From Thermoplasmata archaeon (GTDB lineage: Archaea; Thermoplasmatota; Thermoplasmata; Lutacidiplasmatales; UBA184): a DNA stretch of 64,000 nucleotides. This document shows positions 1 through 8,631 of this stretch, one piece after another (the stretch's first letter is position 1; every line of letters begins with the position of its first letter). The notes under the pieces are model-generated. The model made no database searches. It saw only the letters and a list, made by a program, of their open reading frames with translations, and was not told where the DNA came from. The stretch spans positions 1 through 64,000 of the forward strand of contig JAGWLG010000008.1 of NCBI GenBank assembly GCA_028864975.1. Direction: 5' to 3'. A program made the translations under genes and the position numbers.

Positions 1-1070
1 ACCTTCTCCTCCCCCTCCAGCTTGTACTGGAGTAGCTGGTGCTCGGCGTAGCGCCGGAGGAAGTCCACCTCCAAATCTTCGTCGTCGAGCGCGACCAGTT
101 CGCTCGGGATGACCTGCGCCAGGTCGTTCCCCACGGTGATGGAGGTGACCTTGTCCGGGTTGCGGTTCAGCTTGCTCCGCTGCTTCGATAGGGCCAGGCG
201 CCGGAACTTCCCGAGCACCTGCGTCACCCGCCGGAGCTTCTGGTTCTGCTTGAGCTTCTTCGCCAACTCGATGCGCTCTTTCGGTGAGAGCCGCTGCTCC
301 GTCCCCGAGCCCATGCCCCAGCCGCCGAGCAGGTTCCGGGTCTCCTCCTCCTCGCCCTGCGCCGCCTTGATGCCCTGGCGACATGCGAACCGGACCGAGG
401 CCGCGTTGTCCTGCATCGCCTTCTGGAGGTTCTGCTGGGCCTGCGCCGCCTGGTTCTGCGCCGCCTGCGCCCGCTGGTTGACCGCGTTCGCTTGACCCTG
501 GAGCCCCTGCTTCGTCGTCCCCTGCGCCTGCGCCATCGCCTGCTGGAGCGCCTGCATCTGCTGGGCCAACTTCTGGAGTTCTCCCTGCGCCTCGGCGCAC
601 TGGTTCTGCGCCTGCTTCACCGGCTCCGGCACGGATTCGAGGAGCTTCTCCAGGATGGTCTTCGTCGCGATGAGGCTCGTGAGCGGGTCCCCCATCGTGT
701 ACTGACGGAGTTCCGTGTACTCGTTCGTCCCCATCGCCTGCTGGACCATGTCCCGGTTCGGCCGGTACTGGGGCGTGATTTCCCCGGTCTCCCGGACCGT
801 GGGGTCGAACCGGAACATGGAGCCGAAGAGGTCCTCGGCCAACTTCTCGACCGTGGCCCACTTCTCCTCCGCCTCGCTGACCTCCTTCTCGAACTCCGGC
901 GCCTCGGCCATGCCGTTCCCGAGAGCCTCGTGGTCGAAGCGGTGCATCACCACGGAGTTGTCTGAGAGCGGTTCCTTTGGGGGCTTCCACCAGGCGTCGT
1001 CGCCGGCCTCCTCTTCCCCGCCGGATTCCAGCGCACTTAGGTCGTCAACCGGTGTCTCTTCCTCCGGCAT
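1..1070 (-). CDS. ViaA/VWA-associated protein, RavA partner (truncated at window start)
   Basis: Manual translation from ATG 1070: MPEEETPVDD...KFRRLALSKQRSK...VTSITVGNDLAQVIPSELVAL...FLRRYAEHQLLQYKL. This matches the region preceding the vWA domain in ViaA-like proteins. It lies downstream of a MoxR ATPase; the vWA domain itself would be off-window. Confidence 0.75.
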   Translation of the reverse strand, partial: MPEEETPVDDLSALESGGEEEAGDDAWWKPPKEPLSDNSVVMHRFDHEALGNGMAEAPEFEKEVSEAEEKWATVEKLAEDLFGSMFRFDPTVRETGEITPQYRPNRDMVQQAMGTNEYTELRQYTMGDPLTSLIATKTILEKLLESVPEPVKQAQNQCAEAQGELQKLAQQMQALQQAMAQAQGTTKQGLQGQANAVNQRAQAAQNQAAQAQQNLQKAMQDNAASVRFACRQGIKAAQGEEEETRNLLGGWGMGSGTEQRLSPKERIELAKKLKQNQKLRRVTQVLGKFRRLALSKQRSKLNRNPDKVTSITVGNDLAQVIPSELVALDDEDLEVDFLRRYAEHQLLQYKLEGEEK

Positions 1071-1590
1071 CCTGCCCCTCTCCTTCCTGGGTGACGGGCT
1101 TGGTGCTCGGGACACACCCAAAGCAGCCGTCAAAGTGTCCTCCCATGAGTGCCTGTATCTCCATGCTCCTCCTCGCCTTCACCTCATCGAGCAGGGCCTC
1201 CAGACGCTCCGTGACCATCTTTCGCTCCCGCATGCCCTCGATGAGCAACTGCATTTCCCGGATGGCGTCCGATGTTCGCGCGGCCCACTCGACGAACATC
1301 GTGAGCCTCCTCCCTGGCTCGTACCGTCCGACCTCGGCATGCTCCTTCATCACTCTGTCGTAGAGTTCCTGGACCCGTTCCCGTGGGTCCTTGCTCTCAG
1401 GGACCCGGATTCCGCGTGCGAGGATGTTGTACTCATCCCTCAGTTTGAGGAGCCGCTCCCGCAACCGACACCGTGGGCACGAGCGCTCGTCCATGACCCG
1501 GTCGTGGTTGAACGGGCTGTGGACCCCCTCCTCTCTCTCCGCGAGCAGGCGCAGCAGGTCGGCGACGAAGACCAGTTCAGGCTCCGACAT
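1045..1590 (-). CDS. hypothetical helical protein
   Basis: 181-aa ORF overlapping both neighbours in the co-oriented operon. Confidence 0.7.
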   Translation of the reverse strand: MSEPELVFVADLLRLLAEREEGVHSPFNHDRVMDERSCPRCRLRERLLKLRDEYNILARGIRVPESKDPRERVQELYDRVMKEHAEVGRYEPGRRLTMFVEWAARTSDAIREMQLLIEGMRERKMVTERLEALLDEVKARRSMEIQALMGGHFDGCFGCVPSTKPVTQEGEGQDAGGRDTG

Positions 1591-1798
1591 CGCCTGACCC
1601 CCTCTCCGTTAGCGGCTCCAGGTCTCCTGTCACTTCGCGCTTCGGCTTGAGCACCCTCCACCCCTTCGGAAACTCGATGTGCTGCCTGAAGTGCCTCTCG
1701 ATACGGTCCGATTCCTTCAGGGCCGCGCGCCCGTTCTCAGCCCGGAAGCGCACTCGCGTCGTCACCGTCTCCGTCACGATGGCCGTGTAGGTCTTCAC
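1577..1798 (-). CDS. hypothetical protein
   Basis: 73-aa ORF with GGAGTGA-like SD, operonic spacing. Confidence 0.6.
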   Translation of the reverse strand: MKTYTAIVTETVTTRVRFRAENGRAALKESDRIERHFRQHIEFPKGWRVLKPKREVTGDLEPLTERGSGDVGA

Positions 1799-1802
1799 CG
1801 GC

Positions 1803-1985
1803 TCACTCCTTCCTCTTCTTCGACAGTTCCGGGTAGCGGGTCAGCACCGCCCCGAAGGTGTCGAGGTTGTCGGCGAGGTTCCCTCGCATCGTCGGCCTGT
1901 CGCTCGGGTCCGCCAGAAGCTGGGCCATGTGGATGAAGTCCAGCGGGCACTTCGCGTACGTTCCATCCTGTTTGCGTTCGCACAT
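1803..1985 (-). CDS. hypothetical protein
   Basis: MCERKQDG...KKRKE, 60 aa, SD upstream; fills the gap after the ATPase. Confidence 0.55.
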   Translation of the reverse strand: MCERKQDGTYAKCPLDFIHMAQLLADPSDRPTMRGNLADNLDTFGAVLTRYPELSKKRKE

Positions 1986-1990
1986 CCTTC

Positions 1991-3154
1991 TCACCCCTTC
2001 TTCACGCTCTTCGACATGAAGTTCCCCAGGTTCCCCTGGATTTCCGCCTGCCTCTTCGTCTCGATGGCCTTCAGCAGTTGCTCTGCGCGCGTCGGGTCCC
2101 TGCCCTCCCGCTTCATCTGCGCGATGAGGTCCGCGACCTCGTCCACCTGCGTCTTCGTCCGGGCCAGCCACTCGACGAAGATTTGGGCCTTCTTCCCCTT
2201 CCCCTCGTCCTTGGCCGCCGCGCTCTGCGCCTCGGCGAAGTGTCGCATCACGTCGTCGTGGATGTCCTCCACACGCCCGAGCATCGGCGAGGCCACCCGG
2301 AGGACCTCCTGCGCGACCTTCGCCTCCTGCTCCGGGGTCGTCCAGAGCATGTAGCGCGTCGCCGACAGGTCGTCCATCCCCACGACGTCCCTCCCACCCA
2401 GGTAGGCGTAGGCCTTCAGGACCCCGACCGCCTGCTTGAAGCGACGTGGCGACGGCTCGATGCCGTTCGACCGGAGCGCCGCGCGAATCTGCACCAGTCC
2501 GGTGTAGACGTCGTCGGTCACCTCCAGCGCCGCGGTCTCCTTCTGGGCCTCGTGCAACTCATCCAAAGTGAGGTCCTGTTTCACCAGGCTCTCCGGGTCC
2601 GGCATCTTGAGCATCCGGAGGAACGAGTCGTTGTCCTGGATGTCTGGGACTCGGAACCGGAGCAAGAACCGGTCGTACACCGCCATCAGCCCCGGCTTCG
2701 TCGGGATGACGTTCGTCGCCGCCACCACGGACTGCAACGGGACCGGCACTACCCTGTCCCCCTCTTCGTAGAGCCGCTCATTGATGAGCCGCATCAGGGC
2801 GTGGAGGATGGGGTCGTTCGCGTTGAACACCTCCTCCAGGTACGCGATGTCTGCCGTCTGAATCCGGCCTGTCGTCACCCGGCGGTACTCGTCGTTCTTG
2901 AGCGCCTTGAGGCTCAGCGGCCCCAGCACCTCCTCCGTCGGCGTCGTCTCGAAGAGCAGCCGCTCGAAGATGCGCGCACCCTTCAGGTGGCGCACCAACA
3001 TCAGAAGCTGCTTCGATTTCGCGGTTCCCGGGGGACCCAGGAGTACGACGTGCTGCTTCGACAGCAACGCCGCGCTCGTCCCCAGGACCGGCTCGTCTCG
3101 TTCGACAAGCGCGCTCTGAATCTCCTTCGTCAGTTCGACAATCGGTCTCGTCAT
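1991..3154 (-). CDS. MoxR/RavA-like AAA+ ATPase
   Basis: Walker A GPPGTAKS, EEVLGPLSLKAL, Walker B YLEEVFNA, AATN, YDRFLLR, SPRR. The ATG at 3154 overlaps the upstream stop. Confidence 0.9.
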   Translation of the reverse strand: MTRPIVELTKEIQSALVERDEPVLGTSAALLSKQHVVLLGPPGTAKSKQLLMLVRHLKGARIFERLLFETTPTEEVLGPLSLKALKNDEYRRVTTGRIQTADIAYLEEVFNANDPILHALMRLINERLYEEGDRVVPVPLQSVVAATNVIPTKPGLMAVYDRFLLRFRVPDIQDNDSFLRMLKMPDPESLVKQDLTLDELHEAQKETAALEVTDDVYTGLVQIRAALRSNGIEPSPRRFKQAVGVLKAYAYLGGRDVVGMDDLSATRYMLWTTPEQEAKVAQEVLRVASPMLGRVEDIHDDVMRHFAEAQSAAAKDEGKGKKAQIFVEWLARTKTQVDEVADLIAQMKREGRDPTRAEQLLKAIETKRQAEIQGNLGNFMSKSVKKG

Positions 3155-3579
3155 GTTCCCTCTCCCTTCTTCCTTGATTCTTTCTTCTGGCCGCTCGCTT
3201 GCAGCAGCTTCGCCAGGTCCACTCCATCCCCCACCACGATGATGCCGCCGGGGCCGGGCGCACGGCGTCTCAACCACTCGTTCGCTATCGGCTGCGGGAG
3301 GAAGTGCAAGAGCGCCTCCAGTGCGTAGAGTACCGTGCTGACCACGGCGGTGTTCTCCTCCGGGGTCTTCCCCCACGCCTCCTCGCCGATGCTCGGGTCT
3401 CCGAGAATCGGGGCGACGTGGGAGCGATAGCTCTTCGTGTCCAGGTCCGCGTGCAACCGGACCGCCGCGTCCCACTCCGTCCTGGCCTTGTTCCAGTGCG
3501 GTGCCCCACCGATGAGCCAGTGGAGGAGCTTGTCACGTTCCCTGTCGAGGTCTTCCTTGCTCGCGTGTCTCGTTGGCAT
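3151..3579 (-). CDS. hypothetical protein
   Basis: 142-aa ORF, ATGA coupling to the ATPase. Confidence 0.7.
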   Translation of the reverse strand: MPTRHASKEDLDRERDKLLHWLIGGAPHWNKARTEWDAAVRLHADLDTKSYRSHVAPILGDPSIGEEAWGKTPEENTAVVSTVLYALEALLHFLPQPIANEWLRRRAPGPGGIIVVGDGVDLAKLLQASGQKKESRKKGEGT

Positions 3580-3931
3580 TCGCTTCCCCTTCTCCTGCCG
3601 CCGGCTGCCCGGGCAACTTGCTCCAGTCCGCCGGCTGCTGCGCTTCCTTCGGCGGCGGGCGCCGCGCCGGGCCCAGCCCGAGCCTCTCCTGCACCACCGC
3701 CACGACCCCGGAACCCAAGAGAGCGTTCAGCATGTCCCGGGCCTGGAAGAGTTCCAGGACCAGTACGACCGGCGTCGGCCGCGGCGTCGGGTTCTCCGTC
3801 GGCGACTGCTTCAGCATGAAGACCAGCCGCACCTTCCCGTCGTCGTCCTCCCACCCGAGACCGGCCTCCCGGAAGGAGACGTCGTAGTGACCGGGCTTGA
3901 GCGGGGCGCGGACCTCGGAGAAGTACCCCAT
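3533..3931 (-). CDS. hypothetical protein containing a PADWSKLP motif
   Basis: Likely start MGYFSEV at 3931 (TGATG overlap). Confidence 0.6.
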   Translation of the reverse strand: MGYFSEVRAPLKPGHYDVSFREAGLGWEDDDGKVRLVFMLKQSPTENPTPRPTPVVLVLELFQARDMLNALLGSGVVAVVQERLGLGPARRPPPKEAQQPADWSKLPGQPAAGEGEANANETREQGRPRQGT

Positions 3932-4116
3932 CAGTCCTCGGCCTCCACCGTCAGGTCGCCCGCCTCGTTCATCGTGATGACGAGCACCCGCTTCCCTTCC
4001 TTCCTCGGGTCGATGCGCACCGTGTCCCCTGGCCAGAGAATCAGAGACGTGCTCGAATCCGGGTTGGGCTCCTTGTGCCTCACGACGACGCGACCGTAGT
4101 ACAACTCTGCGAACAT
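3931..4116 (-). CDS. small beta-rich hypothetical protein
   Basis: 61-aa ORF, SD, coupled. Confidence 0.6.
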   Translation of the reverse strand: MFAELYYGRVVVRHKEPNPDSSTSLILWPGDTVRIDPRKEGKRVLVITMNEAGDLTVEAED

Positions 4117-4122
4117 CTCTCC

Positions 4123-4317
4123 TCACTCCTCCAGGATTTCGGCCCGCGCGCCGAAGGAGTCCCACCTCTTCACGTCTCGGGTGGGAACCTCCTCGTTGGC
4201 CTCATAGGTGATGGTGTCACCTTCGATGGTCTCGATGAGCCCCACGAACCGGAGCATGTCCAGCAGTTCCCGGCGCGTCATGTCCGACGGCAGCTTCACC
4301 TTCACCATGGCCCCCAT
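4123..4317 (-). CDS. hypothetical protein
   Basis: 64-aa ORF, operonic. Confidence 0.55.
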   Translation of the reverse strand: MGAMVKVKLPSDMTRRELLDMLRFVGLIETIEGDTITYEANEEVPTRDVKRWDSFGARAEILEE

Positions 4318-4318
4318 G

Positions 4319-4660
4319 CTACCGGTCTCCTTGCAGCGTCATCCTTTCCTCGTGCAACTCCCAGATGTTCGCGCCGAGCGCGCGCAGTTCGAGGTACCCC
4401 TCGGCCACGGCCTTCTCCGCCGCGGTCTCGTCGGCGTCGCTCCCCGGCTTCGCGTTGGACAGCCGTTTGACCATCCCCACGTACCGTCCCCACTTCTCCG
4501 CGTACTCGTTCGATAGCTTGGTCTCGGTAGTGTAGAGATAGGTCCACCGGGCTGTCGCAATCTCCCCCTGGTCCTTCACCTTCTTGGGGAGCAACTTGGG
4601 GGCGTTGGCGAGCGGGTCCGGCTTCGGTGGTTCGCTGTCGTCCGGCTCAGCGTCCACCAT
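4319..4660 (-). CDS. hypothetical protein
   Basis: Likely start MVDAEPDD at 4660. Confidence 0.6.
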   Translation of the reverse strand: MVDAEPDDSEPPKPDPLANAPKLLPKKVKDQGEIATARWTYLYTTETKLSNEYAEKWGRYVGMVKRLSNAKPGSDADETAAEKAVAEGYLELRALGANIWELHEERMTLQGDR

Positions 4661-5099
4661 CGCTCTGCTCCGATGGCCGCATGTCGCGCATGTTGATAGG
4701 GACCGTCGCTGCCAGGAGCACGCTGATGGCACCTCTCGGCACCCCGCTCCCACCGAAGGTTTCCAGCCAGGTGAGCAACGCCGCGATGAACAGCCGCCGG
4801 TTCTCGTGGTCCAGGCAGAGGATGTCGTCGGACTTGATGTGCACGTTCCGCGAGTTCCAGAAGAACATCGCAAGACGTAGCCGGCTCGCCTCCGAGTCGG
4901 AGAGCGTTATGCCCTCGTAGCCATCCTCCTTGAAGACCTGGTTCAGCGCCATGTCGAACTTCTGGGGCTTCGACAACTCCCCAGCGATGATGGCGTCGGC
5001 CTTGGTGACGGCCTGGTCCAGGAAGTCCGTCAGTCGCTCGTCGTGCCCGAACAGGACCTCGATGGCCCTGTACTCTGCGTCGTTCCTCGGCAGCTTCAC
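4647..5099 (-). CDS. hypothetical protein, paralog of 5096-5407
   Basis: Shares YRxxExL..FLDxA and LSxxE..FWN..D(I/V)LxLDxxNR motifs with its neighbour. Confidence 0.7.
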   Translation of the reverse strand: MKLPRNDAEYRAIEVLFGHDERLTDFLDQAVTKADAIIAGELSKPQKFDMALNQVFKEDGYEGITLSDSEASRLRLAMFFWNSRNVHIKSDDILCLDHENRRLFIAALLTWLETFGGSGVPRGAISVLLAATVPINMRDMRPSEQSDGGR

Positions 5100-5407
5100 T
5101 TGTGCACCTCCATCAAGAACACCCGGTAGGCCTCCAACAGCTTCTCACGGTTGTGCGCGTCGAGGTTCAGCACGTCACCGTACGATGGGGGCGTCACCTC
5201 TCCGTTCCAGAACCAGGCCGCGAAGCGGACCAACGTCTGCTCGCCGTGGCTCAGGACGCCGATGCCCGCTCGTCGGAAGGCCTCGTCCCACGCGCCGTCC
5301 ACGTTCACTTCCGCCGCCCGGTCCAGGAAGCTCTTGAGGTCTCGGACGTGACCCGCGAGCAGAATCTCCACGGGCCGGTACTCACGAATCGCTCGGTCCA
5401 GCGCCAT
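5096..5407 (-). CDS. hypothetical protein, paralog of 4647-5099
   Basis: Same motifs; overlapping start/stop. Confidence 0.7.
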   Translation of the reverse strand: MALDRAIREYRPVEILLAGHVRDLKSFLDRAAEVNVDGAWDEAFRRAGIGVLSHGEQTLVRFAAWFWNGEVTPPSYGDVLNLDAHNREKLLEAYRVFLMEVHK

Positions 5408-5408
5408 G

Positions 5409-5564
5409 TCACTCTCCCCTCCGCTCGTACTTCGTGCACGGACACCCCTTCACGCGGCACTTGCCGTGCTCGACGCGCTGCGGGTAGTTCGAGTAGTCCA
5501 CTTCGTGCGACCGACGACCGTGGCCGCAGGTGCACGGGTTCTTCGGACCCTCACTCGTCATCAT
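5409..5564 (-). CDS. small Cys/His zinc-binding protein
   Basis: CTCGHxxxxH...CxxxxCPCxxY pattern. Confidence 0.6.
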   Translation of the reverse strand: MMTSEGPKNPCTCGHGRRSHEVDYSNYPQRVEHGKCRVKGCPCTKYERRGE

Positions 5565-6549
5565 CACTGCCCTCGTCGTCGTCGGAGTCGTCATCATCCG
5601 AGTCCTCGTCGTCCGTGTCCTCGGTGTCGCCCACCCCCTCCTCCAGTTCCTTGAGGAGCTTGTGCACCCCCCGGCGCTTCAGGATGCCGCTGATGAGCTT
5701 CTTTCCCTTCTCGACCCGCCCCTCCCGGTCCTCGAAGATGTCGTCGTCGAAGTGCTCGTTCACCGCGTCCCGGATGATGTCCTGGAGAGCGTTGGGCTCG
5801 ATGGCGTCCAACTCGTACACCTCGTCCCCGAACTTCTCCGCGAACCCCGACGCACGGCTGTCGCTGAGCTTCAGCGGGGCCGGGTCGAGGTTGTACTCGG
5901 ACACCTGCTCCGGGTTGAGCGCGATGCGCTCGTACTCGAAGTGGTTGTGGAAGAGCGACGGCCCGAGGTCCTCCCTCACCGCCCGCGGGATGTCCTGCCC
6001 TGATGCGTCGTGGTCGCCGAAGTAAAGCAGGACGTTCTCCCTCCCCTTGCTGTCCCGCATCACGTCCGACATCTCCTTCAGGAACGAGATGCTCGGGTAG
6101 CCTCGGCAGACCGCGAGGTCCACCTCAAGCTCCTGGCACACCTGCTCGAACGGCCCCTCCAACGCCTGCTTCTCCACGGCCACGACCACGCGCTTCGGCT
6201 GGCCGTACCACCGCGCAAGCTCGTAGTTCTCGGCGGCCTGCACGCTCCCCTTCAGGCAGGCGAGCAGCCACCCCTTGGGGTTGTCATTCCGCCACCCCTG
6301 GTCGAGGACCTTCATCCCTCGCGTGCGGTCCTCCAGCGCGCTGATGGGGATGGTCCGCTCGCGCCGCCAGGTGGTCATCGCGTTCCCGAGGTTCTTGTAC
6401 GCACGGAACGAGTTCGGGATGACCCGCCCCGCGACGAGCCGGTAGTAGAGTTGCCTGAGCGTGACCGCCGTCCCCGCGTACTGCGCGAGAACGCCCTTCA
6501 CCGCCCCGAGTAACGTCGGTCTGTCTGGGAATACTGCTGCTTCGACCAT
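5551..6549 (-). CDS. TopoVI-A/Spo11-like (JetD-like) TOPRIM protein with acidic tail
   Basis: TLRQLYY (candidate catalytic Tyr), VEKQA, RGYPS, YFGDHDASG (DxD), ERIALN, ELDAI; D/E-rich C-terminus. Confidence 0.85.
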   Translation of the reverse strand: MVEAAVFPDRPTLLGAVKGVLAQYAGTAVTLRQLYYRLVAGRVIPNSFRAYKNLGNAMTTWRRERTIPISALEDRTRGMKVLDQGWRNDNPKGWLLACLKGSVQAAENYELARWYGQPKRVVVAVEKQALEGPFEQVCQELEVDLAVCRGYPSISFLKEMSDVMRDSKGRENVLLYFGDHDASGQDIPRAVREDLGPSLFHNHFEYERIALNPEQVSEYNLDPAPLKLSDSRASGFAEKFGDEVYELDAIEPNALQDIIRDAVNEHFDDDIFEDREGRVEKGKKLISGILKRRGVHKLLKELEEGVGDTEDTDDEDSDDDDSDDDEGSDDDE

Positions 6550-6557
6550 GTTCTTCC

Positions 6558-6773
6558 TCAGAGCGACACGACGGTCTTCCCCGTCGCCCGCTCAACGACC
6601 CGGCACTTCAAGGTTCGGATGTGCCGCCGGAGGTTCGCTACCTCCTCCCTGGCCATCATCTCCGTCATCCGCTTCAGCGAGCCGCGCTTCTCCACCGTCC
6701 AGTGGATGCCGTCCATCGCGTGCTGGAACTCGTAGGGCTTCCCGGGCTCGGGTGGTGTAGTTCTCGCGCTCAT
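6558..6773 (-). CDS. hypothetical protein
   Basis: 71-aa ORF, coupled. Confidence 0.55.
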   Translation of the reverse strand: MSARTTPPEPGKPYEFQHAMDGIHWTVEKRGSLKRMTEMMAREEVANLRRHIRTLKCRVVERATGKTVVSL

Positions 6774-7432
6774 GCCGTCGCCGCCGAGCGGAAGAACCGT
6801 GGCCGCGTCTTCTCACCAGCGTCCTCCACCCCACCTTCGACATCCTCCATCCCGTACACGGCCCAGGTCTGACCCTCGGTCAGGATGCTGATGCACCGGC
6901 GGGTCAGCTTCATGCAGAAGGCGTGCGCCTCGCTCACCTCCCACTCCGGGTGCTCACACGCCTGGTACTGGTAGCCAGACAGCGCGCTCAGCACCGCGAG
7001 CGGGGTGAGCTTGGTCTTGCTGTAGCGCCAGCCCTCGTCCCCAGCTTTCGGTAGCACCCGCCCGTTCTGGGTAGGGTCCACCCGCCAGATGGCTCCGATG
7101 AACTCCTCGCGCCGCTCGAACTTGTAGGGCTCCCTCTCCAGGTCCTCCTTGTACCGGCCGTCGTAGCAGTGGTCAAAGCTCTTCTCGTTCTCCTTGAAGA
7201 GCATCTCCCCGACCCGGTCCGCCGTCTCCAACGTCAGTTCCCTCTCACGCGACCTGGCGTGGGCCTGCGCGGTGGGACCCCACGGCTGGCCCCGCTTGTA
7301 GTCCGTCGAGAGCTTCGGCTCCGTTACGTACCACCTGAGCGGGCTCACTCCGCCCGCCACTCTCTCCGCGAGGTCCAGCCCTGCCTGCACCAGGAAGTCG
7401 ATGTGCGCCTTCGAGACCACGTACGCGCTCAT
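6770..7432 (-). CDS. conserved phage-type hypothetical protein
   Basis: MSAYVVSKAHID...YQYQACEHPEW pattern, which I recall from viral hypothetical proteins; ATGA coupling. Confidence 0.7.
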   Translation of the reverse strand: MSAYVVSKAHIDFLVQAGLDLAERVAGGVSPLRWYVTEPKLSTDYKRGQPWGPTAQAHARSRERELTLETADRVGEMLFKENEKSFDHCYDGRYKEDLEREPYKFERREEFIGAIWRVDPTQNGRVLPKAGDEGWRYSKTKLTPLAVLSALSGYQYQACEHPEWEVSEAHAFCMKLTRRCISILTEGQTWAVYGMEDVEGGVEDAGEKTRPRFFRSAATA

Positions 7433-7680
7433 GCTCTGTTCCTCTTCACGACCGGCACGCACCCGAGGGCGCGCGCCACCGCCTTCGCCTCTTCCAGGGT
7501 GAACCCGAGAAACTCCCCGCTCTCCCCCGTCGGACCGACCGACAGGCGCAGGGAAATCTCCATGTCACCGGCCTGCACGCCCAGCGGGACGTCCACGACC
7601 CAGCCCCTTCCGGGCATGGTCCCAACGTCCGATAGGGTGCACCGCCGAATCTCCGCCTTCACGACCCTCAACTTCGCCAT
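7429..7680 (-). CDS. hypothetical protein
   Basis: 83-aa ORF, GGAGG upstream, first gene after an intergenic gap. Confidence 0.6.
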   Translation of the reverse strand: MAKLRVVKAEIRRCTLSDVGTMPGRGWVVDVPLGVQAGDMEISLRLSVGPTGESGEFLGFTLEEAKAVARALGCVPVVKRNRA

Positions 7681-7840
7681 CCTGCCTCCGTTGTACTGTC
7701 ACTATGGGGGTGTGGGCTGACTCTGGGAATGCCCGCCCCGTTATCTATCAACCTGTTTGCGAGGTTCATGGTGCGGTATCATGCCGCCTCGTCCGCGTCT
7801 CTTCCCGGGCGCCCGCCTGCGTCGTTCTCCCGCTTCCCCC

Positions 7841-8185
7841 TCACTTGCCCGCGGGCTCCAACCCGATGGGGGTGATGGGGGGTGTCCCGGTCAGCGTGTG
7901 GTAGGCTGCCTGCTCCGCGGGAGTCATGGACCCAAAGACCCGCATCAACCGCTGCGCGTGCCACTCAATCTTCTCGGCTAGCCGGTCTCGCCGCTTCTGG
8001 CCTCTCTGGTTGTTCCAGCGCCCGCGCAGCCGTGCGATGTGCGACCACTCGACCTTGGCCTCTTCGACTAGCCTCTGCCGGACCGGAACGTTGCGCGACG
8101 GGTCCTCGACCCTCGTTGCTCCGGTAGGTCCGGCAGCAGCCCCGCCGCCGCCATACGCCTCCAGCGGCGGTATCCCCTTGCCCAT
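7841..8185 (-). CDS. hypothetical basic protein
   Basis: Likely start MGKGI at 8185, next to the DUF559 stop. Confidence 0.55.
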   Translation of the reverse strand: MGKGIPPLEAYGGGGAAAGPTGATRVEDPSRNVPVRQRLVEEAKVEWSHIARLRGRWNNQRGQKRRDRLAEKIEWHAQRLMRVFGSMTPAEQAAYHTLTGTPPITPIGLEPAGK

Positions 8186-8186
8186 C

Positions 8187-8522
8187 TTACGACCCCTCTG
8201 CACTGGACGCCGCCTTCCTAATTTCGTTGACCACCGCTGTCGTCTCCTTCATCACCCGCTCCGCGTCGAATCGAATCACCCGCCACCCGAGTTGGTGCAG
8301 CCGGTGGGTCCTGAAGGCATCCCGACTCCGCTGCCGTGGGGTGGAGTGAAACTGGGCGCCATCCACCTCCACGGCCAGCTTCACTTCCGGGAAGGCGAAG
8401 TCAACGATTGCCTGGCAAGGGAGCCCCAGGTGCATGGCGTAGGATGCCCCTGCCGCGTCGAGAGCTTGCTTCAGGATTCGCTCAGGTTCTGAGGATGGGT
8501 TCTGTGGACTTGATTTTACCAT
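8187..8522 (-). CDS. DUF559/Vsr-like PD-(D/E)xK endonuclease
   Basis: SEPE..VDFAFPEVKLAVEVDGAQFH..RD..L..LGWRVIRF. ATG 8522 follows the GGY-NN array, whose last units form the SD. Confidence 0.85.
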   Translation of the reverse strand: MVKSSPQNPSSEPERILKQALDAAGASYAMHLGLPCQAIVDFAFPEVKLAVEVDGAQFHSTPRQRSRDAFRTHRLHQLGWRVIRFDAERVMKETTAVVNEIRKAASSAEGS

Positions 8523-8527
8523 GTTCC

Positions 8528-8607
8528 TCACCTCGCCGCACCAAACCAAACCTTGCCACGCCAGACCCTACCCCACCTGACCTGACACAACCTCACCCCA
8601 CCTTACC
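8528..8607 (-). ncRNA. GGY-NN repeat array B (16 five-nt units), candidate VIPR-type guide RNA
   Basis: Minus strand: GGT-AA GGT-GG GGT-GA GGT-TG TGT-CA GGT-CA GGT-GG GGT-AG GGT-CT GGC-GT GGC-AA GGT-TT GGT-TT GGT-GC GGC-GA GGT-GA, preceded by a GAAA-loop hairpin (8613-8633). Confidence 0.8.
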
Positions 8608-8631
8608 CCACTGAAACGGGTTTCCCCGTGT

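Noticed and set aside
5551-6549. Wadjet (JetABCD) system
   Set aside because: No SMC/JetC, JetA or JetB genes adjacent
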